Source: Candidatus Multivorans sp.
GTDB taxonomy: Bacteria; Acidobacteriota; Thermoanaerobaculia; Multivoradales; Multivoraceae
DNA: 64,000 bases
Assembly (NCBI GenBank): GCA_965247095.1
Contig: OZ251997.1
Coordinates: forward strand, 3,360,001 to 3,424,000
Direction of reading: 5' to 3'
Made by a program: the position numbers and the translations under genes. Shown piece after piece: positions 30,506-40,855 of this stretch. Below the pieces are notes generated by a model. It had not been told where the DNA came from and did not search any database. It saw only the letters and a list, made by a program, of their open reading frames with translations. How positions within the stretch are numbered: position 1 is the first letter of the stretch; every line of letters starts with the position of its first letter.

Positions 30506-30718
30506 ATGCCAAAGATCCCTGGGGTCAATCATCTCCGGGCGGTACGTGCACTGGAGAGGGTCGGTTTCCGCATCGCGCGGCAAGGCAAGCACATCGTCCT
30601 GACGGACGGTCAGCGCATCGTTACCGTGCCCCGCAACAACCCCGTCAATGCGTTCACGATGGGACGAATCGTCCAGGACGCCGGCCTGACCGAGGCAGAG
30701 TTCAGGAAGCTGCTTTGA
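30506..30718 (+). CDS. HicA-family toxin
   Basis: VRALERVGFRIARQGKHIVL...VTVPR...IVQDAGLTEAEFRKLL. Confidence 0.9.
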   Translation: MPKIPGVNHLRAVRALERVGFRIARQGKHIVLTDGQRIVTVPRNNPVNAFTMGRIVQDAGLTEAEFRKLL

Positions 30719-30742
30719 ACCGGGCTACGTCGGGAGCAGGTC

Positions 30743-30797
30743 GCGAGTCTTCTCAGACCTTGACGCCGGCGGTGGGTGAACCACGATAGCCGCCGTC
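30743..30797 (+). repeat. Repeat segment B (copy of 32276-32330)
   Basis: 55 bp, 7 mismatches. Confidence 0.85.
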
Positions 30798-30925
30798 AAG
30801 GCGCCGCCGGTTTAGTGGAAGCAGCGGGCGGAGGACGTGTACGGCGTCTAGGGCTTAGCAGGCGATTGCTCAGGCCGTCTTGCGGGGCCGGTTGCGGAGT
30901 AGACTCAGAACCTGAGAGCTTGAAG

Positions 30926-31180
30926 ATGATGTCCACGACGAACACGGAACTACTCGGTCGTATCACGGCCCGTCCGGATGTCTTCGGCGGTAAGCCGATC
31001 ATCCGTGACATGCGGATCTCCGTGGAGCTGATCCTCAGTCTCCTGGCGCAGGGGGCCACTCCCGACGCCATCCTGGAGGACTATCCGGATCTGGAAGCAG
31101 ACGACATTCGGGCTTGCACGGCCTACGCCCACGCAGTCATCGCGCGAGACACGCTGTCCGCGGTGTCCGTCGCCAAGTAG
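30926..31180 (+). CDS. DUF433-family antitoxin
   Basis: RITARPDVFGGKPIIRDMRISVELIL...ILEDYPDL. Confidence 0.9.
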   Translation: MMSTTNTELLGRITARPDVFGGKPIIRDMRISVELILSLLAQGATPDAILEDYPDLEADDIRACTAYAHAVIARDTLSAVSVAK

Positions 31181-31533
31181 TGCGGTTCTTTGTGGACCGA
31201 TGCGCCGGCCGCCGGCTGGCCGAGTGGCTACGTGAACGAGGACACGATGTCGCTGAATCGCTCGAACTCGGCCCCGATCCGGGCGACAGAGCGCTACTCC
31301 ATCGAGCGGCCGAGGACGACCGAATCCTGGTCACGATAGACACGGATTTCGGCGAACTCATCTTCGGGCAAGCGGCAGCCCATGCGGGCCTGGTGCGGCT
31401 TCCCGATGTCCCCGCGGAGCGGCGAATCGCGTTGATGAATGAGCTGTTGGCGCGCCATCGACGCGAGCTGGAGGCGCGAGCGGTGATCACGATACGAGGT
31501 GAGCGAGTCCGGGTCTCGCGGCAACCGTCCTAA
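31180..31533 (+). CDS. DUF5615 PIN-like toxin
   Basis: RFFVDRC...LRERGHDV...DRILVTIDTDFGEL; GTG start coupled to the DUF433 stop. Confidence 0.88.
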   Translation: MRFFVDRCAGRRLAEWLRERGHDVAESLELGPDPGDRALLHRAAEDDRILVTIDTDFGELIFGQAAAHAGLVRLPDVPAERRIALMNELLARHRRELEARAVITIRGERVRVSRQPS

Positions 31534-31689
31534 CTCCACTAGCTGCGTAGGAGCGCCACTCGCCGCCGGCCGCGCCCTGCTGCGCGTCGACCGACGCCAA
31601 AGGCAGCCACGTGACCGTCAGCGTCGCGGCCACCAGGACCCGTGGGTTCCGTGCCCGTCGGCGAACATCTTCAGTGGAGCTCGCGCTCA

Positions 31690-32296
31690 AGAAAAATTGC
31701 CAACCATCGAAGTCGAAGGCGCGGACTTGTCCTTGACGTGGGCGAGGAGCGTCGTCGTGGACGCGGGCGTGCCCGTGCGGTTGGCGGCGGACGCGACCGC
31801 TCGCGGCGGCGCCCGTGTGGAGCGGGTGGAGTTCGTCGTCGATGGCGCCTCCTTTGGGGTCGACCGCGAGGCGCCCTACGAGCTGACGTGGATGGCGGAA
31901 GGCACCGGGCGCTACATGGTGACGGCCAGCGTCCACGACAGCGAGGGAAACGTCGCGGTCTCCGCTCCCCTGACGGTCTTCGTCGGTCTGCGAGCCCTGG
32001 AACGGCCCATCGTCCGCTCGGAGGACGATGCGAAAGCAACGAACCCGGCGAACCTGAACTCCCACAGCCCCAACTCCAGTTGGACAAGTACCCGAGATCT
32101 CGCCGCGCTGATTCAGGAAGTGGTTGATCGGCCGGACTGGCAGGCGGGCAACGCCCTCGTGCTCCTGTTCGGCCGATCAGATGGAGGACAGCGGGACGCG
32201 CGGTCCTTTGATGGCGCCGGTCGGCGTCTGGAGCACGCTCCCGCGCTGTACATCGAGTTGGCAGACGACGCTCCTGCGGGTCTCCTCAGACCTTGA
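31690..32296 (+). pseudogene. Fragment of a secreted Ig-like-domain protein
   Basis: VERVEFVVDG...EAPYELTW...GRYMVTASVHD; no clear start; apparent internal deletion before TRDLAALIQEVVDRPDWQAGNAL. Confidence 0.55.
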
Positions 32297-32378
32297 CGCC
32301 GACCGTCAGTGAACCGCGATAGCCGCCGTCCGTACCGCGGCACAGAACCCGGAGCTAGGATGCCCCGCGGAACCAAGA

Positions 32379-33128
32379 GTGAAGATCCTGGTCATCGCCG
32401 ACGTGCACGGTAACGCCGAGGCTCTCTCGGCCGTCCTGGAGAAGGAGCGGGACGCCGACGTGACGATCTTCCTCGGTGACACCGTCCTCTCGGGCCCGCA
32501 GCCGAACGAGACGATGGCGCTGCTCGGGGGCATCGACGGGACCCTCATCGCGGGCAATCACGACGTGGAGATGCTGGAGCCGGAGCGGTTCGAGAACTGG
32601 CCGGCGCCGTGGCTGGCCTACACCCGTTGGATCGTCGACACCCTGGAGCCGCCGGGCTGGGAGTTGCTCCGCGGCCTCAAGCCCGAGGGGCCCTACGAGA
32701 TCGGCGGCCTGCGCGTGTTCCTGCACCACGGCGTGCTGCCCGACGAGCCGCAGCAGGCACTGCCCGACACGGCCGACGATCGGTTGATGGCCCTGGCCAG
32801 GGGCTCGGACTGCCCCCTGGTGCTCTTCGGCCACTCGCACATCCAGTTCCGGCGCACGATCGACGGGCAGGAGTTCATCAACCCCGGCAGTGTCGGCCAG
32901 CCGCGCTGCGGTCGGCGGGTTGCCTGCTACGGATTGATCGAGGACGGCGCGTTCCGTCACTGCCAGGTCGAGTACGACCCCGGTCCCTGGCTCGAGGCGC
33001 TCGACGGCGTCCGGCCGCTCGACGGGTTTCCGAGGTTCCGGGAGTGGTTGAAACGGGCGCTGCTGAGTGGGTACGGGATCGGCGAGCGGCAGCCGTGGAC
33101 GCGGTATGCGCGGGAGGGGTACGTGTAG
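32379..33128 (+). CDS. Metallophosphoesterase (calcineurin-like, YfcE-type)
   Basis: ADVHGN, LGD, GNHD, HHG, FGHSH, NPGSVGQPR. Confidence 0.92.
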   Translation: MKILVIADVHGNAEALSAVLEKERDADVTIFLGDTVLSGPQPNETMALLGGIDGTLIAGNHDVEMLEPERFENWPAPWLAYTRWIVDTLEPPGWELLRGLKPEGPYEIGGLRVFLHHGVLPDEPQQALPDTADDRLMALARGSDCPLVLFGHSHIQFRRTIDGQEFINPGSVGQPRCGRRVACYGLIEDGAFRHCQVEYDPGPWLEALDGVRPLDGFPRFREWLKRALLSGYGIGERQPWTRYAREGYV

Positions 33129-33145
33129 CCGGCGTATCCAGTGGC

Positions 33146-33381
33146 CTAGATCTCCTCCACCGCCGGAGCCCGCACCCAGGTCGCTTCCAGTCGTTCCACG
33201 TTGAGCGGCATGCCGATGTAGAAGGCGCGGTCCTTCTTCAGCTTCTCGATGTTCACGAGGGGGTAGCAGACCGGGATGTTGTTGCCCAGCATGTTGCGGT
33301 GCGTGGGCGAGTTGTGGGGCTGCGGCGCCTGGAAGTCCGACTCGAAGCGGATGCCGGGGAAGCCGACGGCCAGCAGCTTCG
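33146..33381 (-). pseudogene. C-terminal fragment of a cyclase-family (kynurenine formamidase-like) protein
   Basis: KLLAVGFPGI...THRNMLGNNIPVCYPLVNIEKL...MPLNVERLEATWVRA. Confidence 0.55.
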
Positions 33382-33640
33382 TTCTCCCCGGTGAGCATGG
33401 GCGCGAAGCCCGAGCCGCAGATCAGGACATCGGTCTGGGCCACGAGGGCACGGGCCGGTTCGAGGACCTTGTGGCTGGTGGCGGCGGCGTCCAGCACGAC
33501 GGTGCCGGCCGCGACAGGAAGCCGCGGCGGAACGAGAAGACGCGCTCTCCCGTCGCCGCGTCGACGTAGACGACCACCACGTGGTCCTCCGGCCCGCTCC
33601 GCGGCACCAGGCGGCTGGTGTCGACACCTGCCTTCAAGGC
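33382..33640 (-). pseudogene. PfkB-family carbohydrate kinase fragments
   Basis: AGVDTSRL...VYVDAATGERVF, then a frame break to VVLDA...TDVLICGSGFA. Confidence 0.55.
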
Positions 33641-33655
33641 GGGTGTCCAAGCCGG

Positions 33656-34393
33656 CTACTCGGCGGGCTTGCGGAGCGGTGTCCGCGCGGAGAGCTTGCG
33701 TTCGAGACGACCAAGCTCTTTCTCGATTCCGGGGCGGACATGCGGCGCCGCGAAGGCCAGCAGGGCCATGTGGAAGCCACACAGACTCTTGAGCCGGAAG
33801 ACCTCGTCGTCGAGAACGCCGTATGCCCACTGGTCGAGCGCGAGCTCCCAGCCCACATGGAGCTGCACCTCGAGGAACTGTTGGCCCACGATGTTGCGCA
33901 GTTGCCCGTCGGCGAGGGCCTCGGTGATCGCGGCGCGAATCGCGTCCTTGGAAGACCTGAAGTGCTCCCCCTCGTCCTGCTCGTTAAGTCTTGCCCAGGA
34001 GCCGGTCCTGAAGTCCGCCACGATGAGCGGCCGCAGCAGGTCGCCGTTGTCGACTACGTAACGGAGAATGCCCTCCATGGCTCTCGACGCCCGGAGCAAG
34101 GGGTCGCGGGAGGCGCCGACGCCGGTGTCGGTGGCCGGCGCCTCCAGACGCCCCACCGAGTCCTGGATCAGCGCCTGCAGGATCTCTTCGCGGGAGCCCA
34201 GCAGGTTGTAGAGCGTGGTGACGCTCAGGCCGGCCTGACGGGCCAGCTTGCGCATCGAGAGACCCTCGGGCCCCGCCTCCTGGAGAAGGGCGCGGGCAGA
34301 CTCCAGAATGCGTAGCCGCCGTGCCGCTACGTTCGCTTCGCGTCGATTCGTCGGCCCGCCAGCCTTGGGGCTCTTGGCTTCGGGGGTCGTCAT
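33656..34393 (-). CDS. TetR/AcrR-family transcriptional regulator
   Basis: RILESARALL...LSMRKLARQAGLSVTTLYNLLGSREEIL. Confidence 0.92.
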   Translation of the reverse strand: MTTPEAKSPKAGGPTNRREANVAARRLRILESARALLQEAGPEGLSMRKLARQAGLSVTTLYNLLGSREEILQALIQDSVGRLEAPATDTGVGASRDPLLRASRAMEGILRYVVDNGDLLRPLIVADFRTGSWARLNEQDEGEHFRSSKDAIRAAITEALADGQLRNIVGQQFLEVQLHVGWELALDQWAYGVLDDEVFRLKSLCGFHMALLAFAAPHVRPGIEKELGRLERKLSARTPLRKPAE

Positions 34394-34444
34394 AGGTGGG
34401 GTTTCCGCCCTGGAAGTTGTACGCCAGTCAATGGACCGGCAACA

Positions 34445-34463
34445 TGTTACATTGTTTCAAGTT
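34445..34463. promoter_or_regulatory. Candidate TetR operator (imperfect palindrome), similar to 42832-42850
   Basis: TGTTACATTGTTTCAAGTT vs TGTAACAGTGTCTCAACTT (15/19). Confidence 0.45.
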
Positions 34464-34481
34464 TCCCGAAGGAGGACGATC

Positions 34482-35117
34482 GTGACAGGGATCAACGTGG
34501 CCGAGCTTGAGCCGGTAGGGGAGTTTGGATCGAAGGCGTGGTGCGAGGCGTGCGCCAGGTACGGGGTGCAACTCCTGGAAGACGGCGATCTTCCGGCCGA
34601 CATCGAGTGGGGATTCAGCGAGATCTACACCCATCCCCCGGCGAGGCTGCTTGAGGGCGACCGCGAGATGTCGGCCTACTACATCATGGTCAAGGACGGC
34701 CGGATCACGGGTGGCGACGGCGCCCCAGAGGAGTGCCGCGCGCTGCCGGGCTTCCACGTGAAGCTCCCGTGGGCGTCGATCTGCAACCAGTCGGGGTCCA
34801 AGTACGGCCGCGAGGGTCAGATGAGGCGCTCCGCCCAGGAGAAGGTGATGTTCCAGCAGATCGAGGAGCATGTGGGGCGGCCGAATCCCCTTGGACTGGG
34901 CGGCGGTCCCAAGCACGTGTGGCCCCGGGAAGTCGGGATGGCGCTGGGGAAGGGCGCGGAGGAAGGCGGCGGTCTGCACAACATCGCCGCCAGCCTGCAG
35001 AACCCGTCCCCTGAGTTCGCGGAGATGCCGACGACCGACATGGGCGTCCCGGACTTCGAGGCGATGACCGAGGAACAGAAGCAGCGCTTCCTGGGGCTCC
35101 TCGCGGTCGAAGTCTGA
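34482..35117 (+). CDS. Hypothetical protein divergent from TetR
   Basis: AAGGAGG SD followed by GTG; GC3-rich codon usage. Confidence 0.7.
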   Translation: MTGINVAELEPVGEFGSKAWCEACARYGVQLLEDGDLPADIEWGFSEIYTHPPARLLEGDREMSAYYIMVKDGRITGGDGAPEECRALPGFHVKLPWASICNQSGSKYGREGQMRRSAQEKVMFQQIEEHVGRPNPLGLGGGPKHVWPREVGMALGKGAEEGGGLHNIAASLQNPSPEFAEMPTTDMGVPDFEAMTEEQKQRFLGLLAVEV

Positions 35118-35151
35118 GGCCGGGCCGGGGACGGCGCCGCGGGCCGACTCG

Positions 35152-37817
35152 TCACGGACTCCCATCCAGGGCGAACCGCGCGGCCGTCTCGTACGTCGCC
35201 CCCACCGGCTCGCCGTTCTCCATCGCCGGCCGGAAGACCGAGCGCCTCGCCGCCGCGACGGCGCTCTCGGTGAGACCGTGGGGCAACCCCTCCAGCACCT
35301 CGACGTCGACGACGCAGCCCTCCTCGTCGATGCTGGCGCGCAGGGTCACCGTGCCCTCGGCGCCCGCGCGCCGCGCCTCGTCGGTGTACTCGTGGGCGAC
35401 TTGGTAGATCATCTCGCCCGGTTCGCGGTCTGAGTTCGCGGTGGTGCCGGCCGGCGGGTCGTCGCCGGTCTCCGCTGCCGCCGAACCGCGCGTGTGACAG
35501 ACGAGGATCCTCGCCCGGTCGGGGATCGGGCCCTCGGGCGAGATGGCCAGGATGCTCCTGGCCTCGGCGACGCCGTGTTCGGACCGGCCGGAGTCGATCA
35601 GCAGCCTGGCGAGGCTGTAGCGGGGCGCCACGGACGCCTCGTCGTCCATGACCTCGATCACGCGGCGGAAGGCCTCCTCTGCCTCGAGCACGTCCTGCTC
35701 CGTGCGGCCGGGCTTGTCGAAGAGGGCCACGCCCAGCGCGTTGTAGGCCCGCGCTCGCAAGCGGATGTCCTCTTCCACCCTCGCGCCGGGGCCGCGTTTG
35801 GTCAGGTCCAGCGCCCGGCGCGCGGCGCTGGCCATCTGTTCGAGATCTGAGCGTTGGTAGTGGGCCGCCGCCTCGGCGAGCCACCGCTCGGGCGTATTCG
35901 GCAGGGTTGGCGCCTCGGCGGCCTCGGTCGGGGCGTTGCCGGCGTCCAGGTCAAACGCGACGACGGAGGTCGTGGCGGCGAGGTCGTCGCGCACGCCTAC
36001 AGCGACGCGATGCGGCCCGGGTCCGGTGACCACGTCGAACACGAAGGGCCACGAGCGCTGGCGGGCCTCGTCGATCTCGCCCGCCTGCACGAGAACCGGT
36101 ACGGAGTGCTCCGTGACTTCGGAGATGCGCCCCTCGCTGTCGATCAACTGCACCCAGACGCGGAACCTGGCCTCGTGATCCCCGCCCTTCGGCGCCAGAC
36201 TGAGCGAACCGATGGGCACAGTGACCAGGAGCCTCGACTGGATGTCGCCGTTCTCGAGCCGGAGTTGGCTGTCTGGGCCGCGGACCGGCGCAACGCTGAC
36301 CCCCATCGAGTTGGCGGTCTCTCCCAACGTCAGGGCCGCCAACGTCATGTCCGCCATCTCCACGGGCACCGGCTTGTCGACATAGCTGTCGCGGTGACGA
36401 AGCGTGAGGCGTCCGCGATGGCGCTCTCGCGCCTCCTCGGTCAACTTGACCTCGATGCGGTGACTGCGCCCGCGCTCGATGTGGGTCGGCGGCCGCGTTC
36501 GCGACGATGGCGGGGACGGGGCCGACGGCGAACGCGGTAAGTAACCGAGCGAATAGCGGTTCTGGAGGTCGCTCGCGATGCGGTCGAACCCGCCCGCGAA
36601 GTTGCGCGTGTTGACGATCGCCCTCCCGCCGGTGCGATCGGCCAGGCGGAGCAGCGGCTCCTCGAGATTGCTGGCGCGGGTGAAGTCGATGCTGGAGGAG
36701 AAGCGAAGGTCCGCGGTGTTCATGCCGCTGAGACGCACTCCGGCCGCGGCCACGCTATGGAAGGTGACGCGGTTGGCATTGGCGAGCGAGGCGAGCTCTT
36801 CGAATCGCCGCGAAAGGTCGTACTGGAAGGCCTCGAGGGAGGCGTTCGCGGCATCGATACTCCTTGGGTTTCGGTTGACTAAACGCGAGTTGCTGACGGC
36901 GCGCCACCGCCCCGCGTATCGTTGAACCGCTCCTCGACCGCCCTGAAGAGGTCCTCCGCCGGTCGCATGGGCAGCCCGTTGCTGATGTAGAGAATCGCCT
37001 TGCGCCCCGGCAGGCCCGCCATCGTCTGGATCGCGTTCTCCAGGTTCACGATCGAGGCGTCGACCTCGTTTCTGACCGTTGCGGCGAAGTTGCGGATCAG
37101 TCCCATCACCACGAGGTAGCTGACCTCATCGTTTTCGCCGTTCAGCACGCGCAGGATGTCGAGGCGCTCCGACTCGGTCCTCTCGCGGCTGCCGACGACC
37201 CTCCCGACCTCGTGGGTCGCCTCGGCGACACGCCAGGCCTCGGTGGTGAAGGGGAGCGCGACCTCGTACCTGCCCCGATCGAAGACGGCGAGCATCACGC
37301 GGTCGTGCGGGCTGAGCTGGACGCTCAGGAAGTTGCGCAGAAAGGGCAGCAACCGGTTGCGGTCCGTGGGCGTCAGGTTGGCGCTGTCGATGTAGACCAT
37401 CAGGCTCAGCCGGTGCTCCGGCGGCGGCGCCTCGGCCGGGATGAAGCGATCCAGGTCGCTGGGCCGCGGCTGAGCGCCGCGAGAGCCCCGTGCCGTCCGC
37501 TGGCGCGCGCCCGCGTCCAGACCGTCCGTGAACTCGTAGAAGTTCGACAGCTCCACCGGCCGACCGTTCTCGCGCACCTCGAAGTCGCCGGCCGTGAGAT
37601 CCGTCACCGGGTTGCCGTCGCGGTCGGTTACCCAGACGTCGACGTTGACGACACGCACGTCGATCGTCTCGGCGAAGGTCGAGGGCGCCTCCGAGGGCTC
37701 GGGCTGCGCCCGGGCGGCGCCGTTCACGGAGCACAGCAGAAGGGCCGCCGCGAGCCCGACCTTTACGGCCCGCATCCGTCCCCGGCGATCTCCACCCGCT
37801 TGAAGCAAGACGTCCAT
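35152..37817 (-). CDS. VWA (Acidobacterial VWFA-type) protein fused to TPR-like and TonB C-terminal domains; one frameshift near 36910
   Basis: VRVVNVDVWVTDRDGNPVTDL, LPGRKAILYISNG, LADRTGG, YSLGY; C-terminal YTDEARRAGAEGTVTL...FRPAMENGEPV; frame break at a CGGGG run. Confidence 0.75.
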
Positions 37818-37844
37818 CCTCCACGAAGCGTATCGCTGGGTGCT

Positions 37845-40730
37845 TCAGGTCGAGTCGTGAAGCGTAACGATGCCTGCGTCGCCGTCGACGCTGATTTCCT
37901 GTCCCGAGGCGACGCGCTGCGTGACGTTGCCCGTGCCCACAACCGCGGGAATGCCGTACTCGCGGGCGACGATCGAGCCGTGACCGAGGATGCCGCCGAT
38001 GTCGGTGACCAGGCCCGAGGCGTGAGCGAACAGCGGCGTCCAGGCGGGATTGGTCATCGGGCAGACGAGGATGGCGCCGGACCGCATCTGGTCGAACTCC
38101 GGCGGCGACTTGATCAGGCTCGCGGGCGCGGTGACGGTGCCGGGGCTCACGGGGACTCCGCGCAGCGTGGGGCTGTCGGGATCGTTGCGTGCCTGGGTCT
38201 CCTTGAAGGCGATCGACGCGTTCTCGGTCGCTTCCGGGGGCACGGTGCCCGGCGGGTGAAGTCGCTTGCGCGCTTCCCGGAGTTCGCGCCGTCCGGCGGC
38301 GAGCGCGCCGAGACGGGGCCGGGCCTCGCCCTTCGCCCGCGCTTCGATCGCGTCGCGGATCTCACTGCTGACGCAGAAGTAGATGTCGTCGGGCCGGGCG
38401 AACGTGCCGGCGTCGACCAGGCGCCGTCCCAGCTCCGTCGCCAGCGAGCGCAGCACGGGCCAGGCGCTGCCGAGGTGGAACATCGTTTCCTCGCGGATGG
38501 AGTAGAAGCGGTAGGTGAACCAGAGGCGGAAGCGGAACTGCCAGCACTCGAGGCCGTCGAGGAGCTGCTCGATGTCCGCGAGGGCCTTCTTCCGCTTCGC
38601 CCTGGCGTCGATCCCGTGCCGCGCCGGGCTGTAGTCCCGGTTGGCGACCATGGTCTTGAGCGTCGCGAAGAACGGCGTCGGATCCTCGCTCTGCGGCGGC
38701 TCGACGAAGTCGAGCGTGTAGCCCTGGTGGCCAAAAGTCGCCAGGTAGTCGTGGATCGCCTGAAGCGCGGGTCCGCTCGCCGGGTGCTGCTCCAGCGCGT
38801 CCTGGAGCCGCAACGCCGGCGTCGTCATCACCAGCTCCCACAGCGAGTCGTCGGCACGGATGCGCTTGCAGACCTCGTAGATCGCGTCGTTCGCTTCCAT
38901 CGTCTTCGACTTGAAGCCGCTCAGGAACTGGCCGCTGGTGAAGTGGCGGTCCGGCAACGTCTCGCGCAGGAAGCACTGGAGCTGATCGTCGGTCGACTTG
39001 GCGACGCCGAAGGTGTGGCTGGTGTCGTTGGACCAGTAGTCGCCCTCCGCCACGCCGAGGTCCACGATCCCCTGGAGCAGGGTCTCGTCTGACGCCGTCG
39101 CCCGGTCGACCGCGCGCCACTTGTCGACGATCCCCAGGAGCCGCGGCAGGGTCTCTTCCGTCCACTTCTTCAGGACCCGCTCGTTCCACTGGGTGCGGTT
39201 GAATGCGATGTAGGTCGGGTTCTTGCTCTCGGGCATGGTCACCCGCTGCGCCAGGTCTTCGAGCTCCGCCGACGCGGCCCACTCGTCGAAGGCCCGGCGC
39301 TCGTCGACGGTGAGCGACTCCAGGAAGAGTCCGAGATCGTGCTCGGCTGCCTGCGCGCTCGCGATCCTGGATTGCTCGCGCTTCTCGGCCGCCTCCAGTT
39401 CCGCGGCCTCCAGGTCGGCCTCGGTCGGCTGTCGGGCCTCCTTGCCGTCCTGATCCGGGAAGAGCTGCGGCCAGTCGGCGCGCTGGTAGGCGAAACCGTT
39501 CATGGTCACGAAGATCGGACCGCCGCCGATCATCAGGCTCCGGCCCTTGCGGACGTTCTCGAGACCCACGGTCAGGTAGAGCTCCTCGAACAGCGGGCAG
39601 ATGGGGTCGGGCATGTTCTCGACGATCTGGCGGCGCGTCAGGACGCGGGCCGGAGGGGTCGGCACCCACTCCACCTCGATCGGCTGGGGCGGCAGGTTCG
39701 TGATCGGCCGCGATTGCAGCAGGAAGAGTTGGCCGCCCGAGATCGCCCACTCGATGTCCTGGGGTACGCCGCCCATCAGTGCCTCGACCTCGACGCCGAG
39801 TTCGACGAGTTCACGGATGGCTTCGGGCGACAGCGACGATCGGCCTCGCTCCGCCTCGGCGATCTCCTCGAGCCGCGTTCCCTGCTCACCGTCCTGGACG
39901 ATCTGCTGTTCCTTCGTGCCGATCACCGTCTCGGTGGCCTGCCGCGACTCGCGGTCAACCACGTAGGTGTCGGGCGTCACCTGCCCGCCGACGATGGCCT
40001 CGCCGAGTCCGAAGCTGGCGTTGACGATCGCCTCGGAGCGTTCGCCGGTCGCCGGATTGGCGGTGAACAGGATGCCCGAGATCTCGGACGGCACCATGAT
40101 CTGCACGACGACGGCCATGGCCACCTTGCCTTGGTCGATGCCCATCTGGTGGCGGTAGGCGATCGCGCGGGGCGTCCAGAGCGACGCCCAGCAGTCGCGC
40201 ACCGCCTGAACCACGGCGTCCTCACCGCGCACGTTGAGGTAGGTGTCCTGCTGGCCGGCGAAGGAGGCTTCCGGGAGATCCTCGGCGTTGGCCGACGAGC
40301 GCACCGCCACCGGCGGGTTCCGATAACGCGGCGGAAACGGCCTCCTGGGAACGCGGGCGTCTCGCCCGCATCCGGCGCGAAGGGCCGGTCCGGCGGCCTC
40401 TAGACATCGGTAGGCGGCGACGATCTCGGAGGCCGCAAGGTCGGAGAGGGCGGGCTCGCCCAGGTGTCCCTGGATCGCGGCCGACGCCCTGTCGAAGGAC
40501 ATGGCGCCGTTCGCGAGTTGCGGCTTGGCGAGCGCGACGATGCGCTGCTGCAGACCGTGCTCGGCAACGAAGGCCCGGTAGGCGGCCGTGGTGACGTGGA
40601 ATCCGTTCGGCACCGCGAATCCGGCGCCCGACGCCCGCGCCAGCGAGCGGCCCTTGCCGCCCAGGAGCTCGAGGTCGTCATCCCGCGTGTCGAGCGGACG
40701 GACGAATTGTGTTGCCGTTCGCGACTTCAT
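37845..40730 (-). CDS. PEP/pyruvate-binding + PEP-utilising mobile-domain enzyme (rifampin phosphotransferase/PEP synthase-like architecture)
   Basis: LGGKG, VAVRSSANAEDL, SFAGQQDT, FGLGE, QDIEWA, LQSRPIT; C-terminal TNPAWTPLF...GGILGHGSIVAREYGIPAV. Confidence 0.88.
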   Translation of the reverse strand: MKSRTATQFVRPLDTRDDDLELLGGKGRSLARASGAGFAVPNGFHVTTAAYRAFVAEHGLQQRIVALAKPQLANGAMSFDRASAAIQGHLGEPALSDLAASEIVAAYRCLEAAGPALRAGCGRDARVPRRPFPPRYRNPPVAVRSSANAEDLPEASFAGQQDTYLNVRGEDAVVQAVRDCWASLWTPRAIAYRHQMGIDQGKVAMAVVVQIMVPSEISGILFTANPATGERSEAIVNASFGLGEAIVGGQVTPDTYVVDRESRQATETVIGTKEQQIVQDGEQGTRLEEIAEAERGRSSLSPEAIRELVELGVEVEALMGGVPQDIEWAISGGQLFLLQSRPITNLPPQPIEVEWVPTPPARVLTRRQIVENMPDPICPLFEELYLTVGLENVRKGRSLMIGGGPIFVTMNGFAYQRADWPQLFPDQDGKEARQPTEADLEAAELEAAEKREQSRIASAQAAEHDLGLFLESLTVDERRAFDEWAASAELEDLAQRVTMPESKNPTYIAFNRTQWNERVLKKWTEETLPRLLGIVDKWRAVDRATASDETLLQGIVDLGVAEGDYWSNDTSHTFGVAKSTDDQLQCFLRETLPDRHFTSGQFLSGFKSKTMEANDAIYEVCKRIRADDSLWELVMTTPALRLQDALEQHPASGPALQAIHDYLATFGHQGYTLDFVEPPQSEDPTPFFATLKTMVANRDYSPARHGIDARAKRKKALADIEQLLDGLECWQFRFRLWFTYRFYSIREETMFHLGSAWPVLRSLATELGRRLVDAGTFARPDDIYFCVSSEIRDAIEARAKGEARPRLGALAAGRRELREARKRLHPPGTVPPEATENASIAFKETQARNDPDSPTLRGVPVSPGTVTAPASLIKSPPEFDQMRSGAILVCPMTNPAWTPLFAHASGLVTDIGGILGHGSIVAREYGIPAVVGTGNVTQRVASGQEISVDGDAGIVTLHDST
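40344..40390 (+). repeat. REP-like palindromic module Y, in-frame inside the PEP-utilising gene
   Basis: CCTGGGAACGCGGGCGTCTCGCCCGCATCCGGCGCGAAGGGCCGGTC; similar to 47897-47933 and 40870-40897. Confidence 0.8.
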
Positions 40731-40757
40731 TGGTTCCGTTCCGATCCTGGGAACCCG

Positions 40758-40855
40758 GGCACCGCGAATCCGGCACCCGACGCCCGCGCGAGCGAGCGGC
40801 CCTTGCCGCCCAGGAGCTCGAGGTCGTCATCCCGCGTGTCGAGCGGGCGGACGAA
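40758..40855 (+). repeat. 98-bp duplicate of 40609-40706 bracketed by CCTGGGAAC[C/G]CG repeats
   Basis: 3 mismatches in 98 bp; flanks at 40746-57, 40856-67, 40870-81. Confidence 0.9.

Noticed and set aside
30173-32330. Integron cassette array
   Set aside because: No integron integrase and no attC RYYYAAC...GTTRRRY cores in the repeats.
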